DNA of 64,000 bases from an uncultured bacterium (GTDB lineage Bacteria; Patescibacteriota; Microgenomatia; UBA1400; PJMF01): the NCBI GenBank assembly GCA_903842795.1, contig CAIMNJ010000013.1:5302-69301 (forward strand), given 5' to 3'. The translations under genes and the position numbers were made by a program. This document shows, in pieces, positions 56,345-64,000 of this stretch (its first letter is position 1; each line of letters starts with the position of its first letter). A model generated the notes under the pieces. The model had not been told where the DNA came from. It did not search any database and saw nothing but the letters and a program-made list of their open reading frames with translations.

Positions 56345-57805
56345 ATGAATTGTGATAGAATAAATGCCTGTGCTTCTAATAGAGAATCACAATTTATGCA
56401 AGAAAAAACTGATCCTATACCTGCTGAAACCAAAAAAGCAGAAAAAACAGTATACATTTGTAACCTTTCCGAAGACGTTTGGCCATTTATCGAAGCCATC
56501 AGTGATGATCATGCTCGCGCTCTAGAAATAGACGAGAACGCCAATTTGTCTGATCGTGATTTGTTTACCAATTCCGAAGAAAGCGACTTGGTTTTTATTA
56601 GTCCTAAGCCTATCAATGAGGCTTTTGTTCAATATTACAAAAACCTTTTTGGTATTCGTAAACTCGAGATGCTTTCTCCAAGAATTCACTCCGGTGAAAC
56701 TTGTCGTGATGTCTATGAAGACAAGGAATTGTTTGAGAAATTAATTGAATTCGCTAATCACGTCAAAAAACTCACTTTGTTGAGTTATGCCACTAGTGAG
56801 CAATTTTTGACTTTGGTCAAAAAACTCAGAGATCGTGGTATCACTGTTTATACCCCAGAATCTCCAGAGGAAGAAGATGCTTGGACGGTCAACTTTTTTG
56901 GAAGTAAGTCTGGTATCCGTCAATTAGCTCAGCAAAGTGTGGCTGAAGAACCAGATTTTTTGATGGGTGATGGTTTGATTTGTGTCAATATTATTGATGC
57001 TGCCAAAATTGCCGCCAAGAAATACATCAAGGAAGAAGGTGTGGTTATCAAGACCAATAAGGGTCATTCTGGTGCTGGTGTTTTGATTTTGCGTCCTGGT
57101 GAATTACCAGATGATTATAAAGAATGTGAAAGAGCTATTTATGACATTCTCAAAAAAGATGCTTATTGGGATAAATTTCCAATCGTCATTGAGAGTTTGA
57201 TCAATGTTAATTATGCGGTTGGTGGTGGTTTTCCCAATGTGGAATTTAAGATTAGCAAGAGCGGTCGTATCGATTACTTATATTACTGTGGTTTGCGTGT
57301 CAGCAAAAATGGCGTTTTTCAAGGCGTAGAGATGAATGAAGACGTAATGAACGATCGTTTGATGACTCGTATTATTGATATGGGTTTCTTTATCGGTGAG
57401 CAATATGCTTCCAATGGCTATCGTGGTTACTATGATGTTGATCTAGTAGCTGCCAAAAATGGCGACCTCTATGTTTCCGAGTCAAATACTCGTCGCACTG
57501 GTGGTTCTCACGTTTATAAGACTGCGCTTAAGTTGATAGGTAAAGAATTCTTAATTGAGTCTTATGTATTGTCAGATAATTCTTGGAAATTCCCCAAGGG
57601 AGTTACTCCAAATTTTGAAGAATTGCTAGAAAAGTTAGATCCTGTGCTTTTTGATAAAAAAACCAAAGAAGGTATGGTAATTGCTTCTGCTAACTTGTTA
57701 AAGCAAGGACAATTGTCTTACATTATTTTTGGTGAAAATAAGAAACGTGCTTTGGAAATTGAAACCAAGGCTCATCGAATTCTTAATAAAGCCTGGACGA
57801 AATAG
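56345..57805 (+). CDS. ATP-grasp superfamily ligase-like protein with a divergent N-terminal domain. Start uncertain (56312 TTG, 56345 ATG or 56396 ATG).
   Basis: VIKTNKGHSGAGV (Lys/Gly-rich ATP-binding loop) and DVDLVAAKNGDLYVSESNTRRTGGS (ExN-R-type ATP-grasp C-terminal motif). Confidence 0.5.
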   Translation: MNCDRINACASNRESQFMQEKTDPIPAETKKAEKTVYICNLSEDVWPFIEAISDDHARALEIDENANLSDRDLFTNSEESDLVFISPKPINEAFVQYYKNLFGIRKLEMLSPRIHSGETCRDVYEDKELFEKLIEFANHVKKLTLLSYATSEQFLTLVKKLRDRGITVYTPESPEEEDAWTVNFFGSKSGIRQLAQQSVAEEPDFLMGDGLICVNIIDAAKIAAKKYIKEEGVVIKTNKGHSGAGVLILRPGELPDDYKECERAIYDILKKDAYWDKFPIVIESLINVNYAVGGGFPNVEFKISKSGRIDYLYYCGLRVSKNGVFQGVEMNEDVMNDRLMTRIIDMGFFIGEQYASNGYRGYYDVDLVAAKNGDLYVSESNTRRTGGSHVYKTALKLIGKEFLIESYVLSDNSWKFPKGVTPNFEELLEKLDPVLFDKKTKEGMVIASANLLKQGQLSYIIFGENKKRALEIETKAHRILNKAWTK

Positions 57806-58574
57806 CCATAAAAAGTGGAATTTCAGCACGAGCACGATTTTCCATTTTGGCTGCTTTGCCAACACTTTCTTTATCAGATGACCATTCTTCGATTTTCTCA
57901 ATGACGAAACCAGCTTTTTGGAGCATGGCGCTGTAATCTTGCAGACTGTGGTGGAATGACCAAGTTATGTTTCTAGTTTTACTTTGGTTTCTTTCACTAG
58001 GATTCATTTCAATAGGAATTTTTAACTCAGATAGGTAACGATTAATGAAGCGATGTTGTTGTTTATTGGCGGGATCCACTCCCCAGCCAGATTGACGGGG
58101 AATACGGAAACAGGGGTGATTAAGCACAATGACTAATTGGCCACCTTTTTTGAGGTAATTGGCGGCGTTTTTGAGCACATTTTCGGTTTGCTCAATGTTT
58201 TGCAAGGCCAAAATAATAGTGGCTTTGTCAAATTTTTCTTCTCTTTCTTTGAGAAGGTTGCTTAGATCGCAAACCATGAATTCGTAATTTTGTTCGCGAT
58301 TTCTGTTTTTGGCTTCTTTAATTAATTCTTTGGCCAAATCAAGCCCAAGGTATTTTTTAATGACAGGGATTTTGCGGGACAAGATTCCCTGACCACAAGC
58401 CAGATCAACCAAAGTGTCTGTATTTTTTAGATTGAGTAAACGTAAGACTCCAGGAATTACAGTGTGTTCGTGATAATAATGGCCTTCTTTGCCAACAATT
58501 TTATTGTACCAAGGAGCAACTTTATTCCAAGAAGTATCTCTTTTTTCGTTTGTGTCTTTGTAGTTCTTTTTCAC
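57783..58574 (-). CDS. Class I SAM-dependent methyltransferase
   Basis: Motif I LVDLACGQGILS. Confidence 0.7.
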   Translation of the reverse strand: MKKNYKDTNEKRDTSWNKVAPWYNKIVGKEGHYYHEHTVIPGVLRLLNLKNTDTLVDLACGQGILSRKIPVIKKYLGLDLAKELIKEAKNRNREQNYEFMVCDLSNLLKEREEKFDKATIILALQNIEQTENVLKNAANYLKKGGQLVIVLNHPCFRIPRQSGWGVDPANKQQHRFINRYLSELKIPIEMNPSERNQSKTRNITWSFHHSLQDYSAMLQKAGFVIEKIEEWSSDKESVGKAAKMENRARAEIPLFMAISSRLY

Positions 58575-58603
58575 ATAGGTATTATATCCTATAATAAGAA
58601 AAA

Positions 58604-60364
58604 TTACTTAACAGTTACGCTTTTGGCTAAGTTTCTTGGTTTATCTGGATCTAATTTTTTGAGCAGGGCAATCTCATAAGTAAGTAATTGAGCTACGATA
58701 ATGCTTGAGAGATTGGTAAATTTTTTTGCTTGTGGTAGTTTGATAAAAATATCAAAAACTTCCTCATTTTTTTCTGCAATACCGATTACTTTAGCTCCAC
58801 GCGCTTTGACCTCATGAGCGCTACTAATCATTTCTGCCCTATTTTCTTTATTGAACAAGCAGATGACTGGAGTATCTTTTTCAATCAAAGCAATCACACC
58901 GTGTTTGAGCTCGCCAGCGCTAAAACCTTCTGCGTGTAAATAAGAAACCTCTTTTATTTTTAGGGCAAATTCCAGGGCACATGGCAATAATTGTCCACGA
59001 CCAAGAATATATAAATCATTTTTCTTACTGAGAAAGTTAGCAGTTTTTTTGATTTTTGTCATGATTTTTTGATTGGTGAGCCATTTATTTAGCTGCTGAC
59101 TAAATTGCAACACTTCCCTTTTGAAAGAAAAATCTTTTTTTTCTAAATAATGGGCGAGAGCCATACCAAAAAGTATGTGTCCAGTCAGTGCTTTGGTGCT
59201 GGCGACACCCACTTCCGCCCCGACATTGAGGGGGTAAGCGAGGTTAGCTATATTCATGAGAGTTGAACTGGGCATATTGACAACCGAAACAATAAAGACA
59301 CCTTTATTTTTCATTTGTTCAACAGTTTCAATAGTGTCTGCTGTTTCGCCACTTTGACTGAGGATGATGGCTAAATCTTTTGGTCCAAAAAGATTGTCAA
59401 AATCTGCATAATCATAGGCGGGTAAATGATAAATATTTTGTTGATGTTTGCGCAGTTCAAAAGCAATACTGGCAGCAGCATAGCTAGCAGAACCAGCTCC
59501 AACAATATAAATATTTCTTGATGACTCTATTTTTTTTGCTAATTGTGGGAATATTTTTTCACTTTTGGCTAATACTTTTTGCAAACTTTCTTTTTGTTCA
59601 TGAATTTCTTTGAGCATGAAATGGGGATAGTTGCCTTTATCAATTTCTAAGGCTTCTTGATTCATTTTTTGGAAGCTGATTTTTTTCTTAGTGAGATTTT
59701 TTGAGTCATAAGAATTGATTTTTTGGTCAGCAAAATGAATGATTTCTTGGTTATCTAAGACATGATAACTTTGACTATCATGACTAATAGAAGCTAGATC
59801 AGAAGAGAAGAAAAAACTGTCATTTTTACTTTGACCAACGATGAGTGGAGAGCCTTGGCGATAGGCCCAAACTTCGCCATTTTTGGTGAGGACGAGAATA
59901 GTGTTGCGACCAGTCATTTTTTTGATTACTTCACTAAAATTTTTCAAATTAATTTGTTCTTCACCAATGGATTTTTCTAACAAAGCTACAATAACTTCAG
60001 TGTCGGTTTCTGTTTGGAATTGATAGCCGTCTTTTTCTAATTTGTTTTTCAATTCTTGATAATTTTCTAGAACACCATTTTGGACGAGTGTGAATTTTCC
60101 ATTGCTAGCTAAGTGAGGATGAGCATTTTTGACTGTGACGCCACCATGTGTGGCCCAGCGAGTATGTCCAATGGCTATCTCGCCGCTATTAAGTTTGAGT
60201 TTTTTGACTAAGCCAATTTTGCCAATATGTTTTTCGATTTTTATTTTGCTATTTAAGGCAGCAATTCCCCAAGAATCATAGCCACGATACTCAATTCTTT
60301 TAAGACCGGCGAGAACTTTGTCAGTTGCAGAAGTATCACCCAAACAGGCGTAAATACCACACAT
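58604..60364 (-). CDS. glmS: Glutamine--fructose-6-phosphate aminotransferase (isomerizing)
   Basis: N-terminal MCGI (the catalytic Cys after Met) and two SIS domains. Confidence 0.9.
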   Translation of the reverse strand: MCGIYACLGDTSATDKVLAGLKRIEYRGYDSWGIAALNSKIKIEKHIGKIGLVKKLKLNSGEIAIGHTRWATHGGVTVKNAHPHLASNGKFTLVQNGVLENYQELKNKLEKDGYQFQTETDTEVIVALLEKSIGEEQINLKNFSEVIKKMTGRNTILVLTKNGEVWAYRQGSPLIVGQSKNDSFFFSSDLASISHDSQSYHVLDNQEIIHFADQKINSYDSKNLTKKKISFQKMNQEALEIDKGNYPHFMLKEIHEQKESLQKVLAKSEKIFPQLAKKIESSRNIYIVGAGSASYAAASIAFELRKHQQNIYHLPAYDYADFDNLFGPKDLAIILSQSGETADTIETVEQMKNKGVFIVSVVNMPSSTLMNIANLAYPLNVGAEVGVASTKALTGHILFGMALAHYLEKKDFSFKREVLQFSQQLNKWLTNQKIMTKIKKTANFLSKKNDLYILGRGQLLPCALEFALKIKEVSYLHAEGFSAGELKHGVIALIEKDTPVICLFNKENRAEMISSAHEVKARGAKVIGIAEKNEEVFDIFIKLPQAKKFTNLSSIIVAQLLTYEIALLKKLDPDKPRNLAKSVTVK

Positions 60365-60463
60365 AATTTTCCTTTTTCTAAATGATTGATTATTGTTAGA
60401 TTTTTAAATTAAGACTTTGTTGATTTGATCTTAATTTTTGATGGATGGATCTTTTTGATTTTT

Positions 60464-60612
60464 AACCACCCAAAGGGTCTCCGTAGATGCTCTGTTTGCA
60501 ATTTTTGTTTTGCTCGCAGGTCCGATCGCGATTTTAGTTTTTGGCTTAATCGCATCCCTCTTCCTCGTCTCCTTGTTTTTTATTGCTTTAAACAAGGCCA
60601 CACGCTCAAGTT
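60464..60612 (-). ncRNA. Probable glmS ribozyme/riboswitch in the glmS 5' leader
   Basis: A GC-rich conserved block about 100-250 nt upstream of the glmS ATG. The minus-strand RNA contains ...AGCGUG... then GGAGACGAGGAAGAGGGAUGCGAUUAAGCC, resembling the conserved glmS core UGAGACGAGGAUGGAGG. A 3' CGGAGACCCUUUGGGUGG pseudoknot-like element is also present. Confidence 0.45.
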
Positions 60613-60695
60613 GAAATGTTTTTATTTGTCCTTTCCAAGTAAGTTGCTATTACTCATAAGTATAGCACCATAAATTAAATGTTATACTTATTTTC

Positions 60696-61187
60696 ATGAT
60701 TAAATGTAACTGGGAAGATGGTAATCAAGCTTTTTTGAGACATGTTTGTGTAGATACTTTGATAATCAAAGATGGAAAAATTTTACTAAATCAAAGAGGA
60801 ACTTTTGGAGGTAAAAAGATTTTGGAATATGGAAAATGGAGCACAATTGGTGGCTTTGTGGAAAGAGATGAAACTTTAGAAGAGGCAGTAAAAAGAGAAG
60901 TTAAAGAAGAAACTGCTTGGACGATTAAAGATTTATTTTTATTGCGAATTAACGATAATCCAAACCGACCAAAAGAGGATAGACAAAATTTTAGTTTTGT
61001 TTTTGTGGCTAGTGCCGATGTAAGGAATGGAGAAAGTAATGATGAAGAAGTTTTAAATTTAAAATGGTTTGACTTAAACGAATTGCCTGTGGCAGAGGAT
61101 ATGGCTTTTGACCATTTAGAGAATATTGAGCTATATAAAAAATGGCTACAGAAAAAATTTTCATTGCCAATTTTAGGAAAAATATAA
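60696..61187 (+). CDS. NUDIX hydrolase
   Basis: Canonical Nudix box GGFVERDETLEEAVKREVKEETAW. Confidence 0.75.
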   Translation: MIKCNWEDGNQAFLRHVCVDTLIIKDGKILLNQRGTFGGKKILEYGKWSTIGGFVERDETLEEAVKREVKEETAWTIKDLFLLRINDNPNRPKEDRQNFSFVFVASADVRNGESNDEEVLNLKWFDLNELPVAEDMAFDHLENIELYKKWLQKKFSLPILGKI

Positions 61188-61188
61188 C

Positions 61189-62040
61189 ATGTGGATTTTT
61201 TATTCTGCTTTGATGTTTTTGTTTTCTAATGCTTTATATTTGCTAATTCGTTTGGCGCAAAAGAAAAATATTCCAATTAGTTTTTATTCGATTGCTATGT
61301 TTTTAGTGCCAAGTATCATTTATTTTTTTGCAGCAAGTTTGACGCACACGTCATTGGTGCTTAGTTTACAAGATTTTTTATTAGTTATTTTTTCTGCATT
61401 TTTTTGGAGTTTTCTTGGAAATTTTTTCTCTCAAAAAGCAATTCTTTTGGCAATCAATCCGGGTTATAGTTTAATTTTGCAAAAAAGTTATGTGGTTTTG
61501 ACTACAATTTTTGCGGTGTTTTTATTTAATGCTAGTTTTAGCTGGCAAAAATTTATTGCCATAATTTTCATTTTATTTTTTTCAATTCTAATTTCCGCTT
61601 CTCCAAAAAATAAGATAGGTCAAGATAAAAAGTGGATTTATTTTTCTTTATTAGCTAATCTTTGTTATACCTTTGGATCATTAATTTCTAAGTACTTTTT
61701 GAATATTGGCTTGGAACCTTTTGTTTATCTTTTTTACATCAATCTTTTTGTGGCGATTTTAAATATTTTTAATTTTAGAAACCAAAAAATCAAAAATATT
61801 TTATCTAAGAAACAAGTGTTTCTAGTTATTTTGATTGGAATTTTTGGGACAGCTTTTAGTTTTTCTCAGCAAATTGCCTACAGATTTGCTCCAAACATTG
61901 GCTATGTTTCAGCCATCAATGTCTCCTCAGTGATGAGTGTGACATTTTTATCAAGCTTCTTCTTTAAAGATGATTTATCCAGGTCAAAAGTAGTTGGAAT
62001 TGTAGGTGTTTTGGCAAGCTTATTTTTCTTAGTACTATAA
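61189..62040 (+). CDS. EamA/DMT-family membrane transporter
   Basis: About 10 TM helices. Confidence 0.55.
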   Translation: MWIFYSALMFLFSNALYLLIRLAQKKNIPISFYSIAMFLVPSIIYFFAASLTHTSLVLSLQDFLLVIFSAFFWSFLGNFFSQKAILLAINPGYSLILQKSYVVLTTIFAVFLFNASFSWQKFIAIIFILFFSILISASPKNKIGQDKKWIYFSLLANLCYTFGSLISKYFLNIGLEPFVYLFYINLFVAILNIFNFRNQKIKNILSKKQVFLVILIGIFGTAFSFSQQIAYRFAPNIGYVSAINVSSVMSVTFLSSFFFKDDLSRSKVVGIVGVLASLFFLVL

Positions 62041-62337
62041 ATTTTCTTTGCCCCAATCATGTAAGATTTTAATGATGGGTAGGAGCGACTCGCCTTTTTT
62101 GCTAAGCTCATATTTAACGTGAGGAGGATTTCCTCCAAGAGTTTTGCGAGTGATTAGCTTGGCTTTTTTTAACTCTTTAAGTTTTTCAGAAAGAACTTTG
62201 GCAGAGATTTGACCGATGGTTTTTTTAAGATCGTTGAAGCCAGTTTTTTCTTCAGTTAAGTGCCATAAAATAACTAGGCTCCATTTGCCACCGAGTTGGT
62301 TAAGAAATTCTTGGAGAGGGCATTTTTTGTTTTTCAT
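62035..62337 (-). CDS. HxlR-family winged-helix transcriptional regulator
   Basis: CPLQEFLNQLGGKWSLVILWHL, the HxlR/DUF24 signature. Confidence 0.7.
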   Translation of the reverse strand: MKNKKCPLQEFLNQLGGKWSLVILWHLTEEKTGFNDLKKTIGQISAKVLSEKLKELKKAKLITRKTLGGNPPHVKYELSKKGESLLPIIKILHDWGKENL

Positions 62338-62435
62338 AAATTGCTTTTGATAGTTACTTTTTAGTACCTACTTTATTTTTGTTACTACATAGTTTATTGT
62401 ATATCCATCATTAAATATTAACAAGGAATGAGACT

Positions 62436-63044
62436 ATGTTCGATCATGTTGCCAAAAGAAAAGATCTCGAAGCTATTGCTGTCAAGATGAATGAAAGAAA
62501 TTTTGAAGTGGAGATTGTTTCTACAAAAAAGGAAGCACTTGAAGCAATTAAAAATTCTTTACCAAATGGAGCAGAAGTGATGACCGGTTCTTCTACTAGT
62601 CTCAAAGAAATTGGCTTGATGGATTATTTATTATCCAAAGAATCGAAAGTCATATCAATCCAAGAAAAAATCAATCAAGAAAATGATGAAAGCAAAAGAC
62701 AAGATATGCGTCGTAAAGCAGTGACGGCAGATTATTTTGTAGCTAGTGTGAATGCCATCACTGAGGATGGCATTCTAGTGGCTGTCGATGCTACAGGTAG
62801 TCGCGTAGGAGCGATGCCCTTTGCAGCTAAGAAATTAATTATTGTTGTGGGTGCACAAAAAGTGACTAAGAATGTTGAAGAAGCAATGGAGCGTATTAGA
62901 GAATATGTTTTTCCACAAGAAAATCAAAGAGCAATGGTAGCCTATGGGATGGGCAGTATGTTTGGTAAATGGATAATTCTTGAGCGAGAGGCTTTTCCAG
63001 CAAGAGTTAAAGTGATTTTGGTAGAAGAAGCCTTGGGTTTTTAA
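62436..63044 (+). CDS. LUD-domain protein (LutC/YkgG-like)
   Basis: Overall similarity to DUF162/LUD-domain proteins. Confidence 0.55.
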   Translation: MFDHVAKRKDLEAIAVKMNERNFEVEIVSTKKEALEAIKNSLPNGAEVMTGSSTSLKEIGLMDYLLSKESKVISIQEKINQENDESKRQDMRRKAVTADYFVASVNAITEDGILVAVDATGSRVGAMPFAAKKLIIVVGAQKVTKNVEEAMERIREYVFPQENQRAMVAYGMGSMFGKWIILEREAFPARVKVILVEEALGF

Positions 63045-63108
63045 ATAGTTTTAAGATTGCTTATTTTGGTAGTTTATAATAAGCTTTGTACACTTTTAAA
63101 AAACATAT

Positions 63109-63570
63109 ATGAAACAAAAAATCACTACCCTCTTGATTGTAATTTTAATTGCAGGACTCATGTCTTTAGTGGTTGTTGGTAGCAATAAAAAAGAACAACA
63201 AGCCAATGATCAGAAATTAGAAGCCATCAAAAATGGTGAGCCAATTTTTTATTTTGGTGCCACCTGTCCTCATTGCAAAGATGTGGAAAAGTGGTTTGAA
63301 GAAAATAAAATAGAGGAAAAAATCAAATTTACCAAAAAAGAAGTTTGGAACGATCGTCAAAATGCTGCTGAGCTTGGCAAAGTTGCCGCTAGTTGTAATT
63401 TAGATGTTAATAATATTGGAGTGCCATTTTTGTACGCTGACCAAAAATGTCTAATTGGTACACCTGATATTATTAAGTATTTTTCAGAAAAATTAGGCAT
63501 TGAAGCAACTCCAGAAGCTACGGTTTCAGGATTGGGCTCAGAAGGGACTCCAAGTGCAGCTACTAAGTAG
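63109..63570 (+). CDS. Membrane-anchored thioredoxin-fold protein (CPHC active site; DsbA/Trx-like)
   Basis: An N-terminal TM anchor and FGATCPHCKDVEKW. Confidence 0.55.
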   Translation: MKQKITTLLIVILIAGLMSLVVVGSNKKEQQANDQKLEAIKNGEPIFYFGATCPHCKDVEKWFEENKIEEKIKFTKKEVWNDRQNAAELGKVAASCNLDVNNIGVPFLYADQKCLIGTPDIIKYFSEKLGIEATPEATVSGLGSEGTPSAATK

Positions 63571-64000
63571 TTTGATTGTTTTGGTAGTTTTTTTGGCTTT
63601 GGCCCCACAAGCTCAAGCTGTTTGTCCAATTTGCACTATTGCGGTGGGAGCTGGTTTGGGATTTTCTCGTTATTTAGGTATCGATGATAGTATAACCGGC
63701 TTGTGGATCGGTGCCTTGATTCTTTCTAGTGCTTTATGGACTGCCAATTGGCTAGAAACTAAGCCATGGAAAATTCCACATAAAACCATTTTTTCCATTG
63801 TTCTTTTTTATCTACTGACTATCCCCCCACTTTTTTGGATGGGAATGATTGGTCATGATTTAAATAAACTGTTTGGAGTGGACAAGATTCTGCTAGGCAC
63901 TACTTTAGGTTCCTTAGTTTTTACTGCTGGAGTTTTTCTAGATAAATATTTACGCACACTCAATGAAGGCAAAGTTTTTATTTATTTTCAAAGAGTTATT
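63571..64000 (+). CDS. Partial CDS: membrane protein with an N-terminal CPIC motif (DsbB/VKOR-like candidate). TTG start; continues beyond the window.
   Basis: An open frame from 63571 to the window end, in frame immediately after the upstream stop. A signal-like helix is followed by VCPICTIAVGAGLG and further TM segments. Confidence 0.35.

Noticed and set aside
60425-60673. 82-aa plus-strand ORF between glmS and the Nudix gene
   Set aside because: It overlaps the GC-rich block interpreted as the glmS ribozyme on the opposite strand. It has no RBS and a Cys/Arg-rich low-complexity product.
1-64000. CRISPR arrays, IS elements, integrases and prophage genes
   Set aside because: I scanned for regularly spaced direct repeats and for transposase, integrase or phage structural signatures and saw none. 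The only notable repeats are the tRNA-Pro-associated direct repeats and the hairpin palindromes reported above.

Overview
This is a low-GC, compactly coded bacterial fragment. It uses the standard genetic code, since TGA serves as a stop codon in several clearly real genes (for example the ABC ATPase at 8775..9455). The gene content (RNase Y, SecG, a [FeFe]-hydrogenase, many small or hypothetical secreted and membrane proteins, few biosynthetic genes) suggests a Patescibacteria/CPR-like or similarly streamlined anaerobe. That taxonomic call is inference only.

I can support about 65 protein-coding genes, 3 tRNAs (Ser-TGA, Pro-GGG, Asn-GTT), several near-consensus sigma-70 promoters with long leaders, a CIRCE/HrcA operator in front of an hsp20 gene, several strong GC-rich hairpin terminators, and a probable glmS ribozyme in the 5' leader of glmS.

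Housekeeping content includes recA, rny, secG, rpoD, map, dus, glmS, uppP, a UvrD/RecB-type helicase-nuclease, a MacAB-like efflux set, a kbl-tdh threonine catabolism pair, Nramp and MscL.

Metabolism and metal-related content includes a compact NuoF-like flavoprotein followed by an M3-type [FeFe]-hydrogenase (hydA), a csoR-DUF305-copA copper module, a Ca-type P-type ATPase, hemerythrin and a Cys/His-rich membrane protein.

I saw no CRISPR array and no transposase or integrase genes. The hunt for an undescribed system produced no single clear answer; the findings below list the candidates.

The most unusual structure is a mosaic accessory stretch downstream of tRNA-Asn (about 31.3-45.7 kb). 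It carries three short islets of sharply higher GC (about 50-56% against a background near 35%). Each islet holds 1-2 small, mostly membrane proteins with GGAGG ribosome-binding sites (RBS) and long perfect GC hairpins. The same stretch contains an orphan minimal nucleotidyltransferase and a structured leader with a strongly initiated 39-aa ORF.

Other points of interest are a nested direct-repeat and tRNA-Pro 3'-end duplication next to tRNA-Pro, and a 54-nt near-perfect palindrome in the 5' UTR of a secreted-protein/ATP-grasp gene pair.
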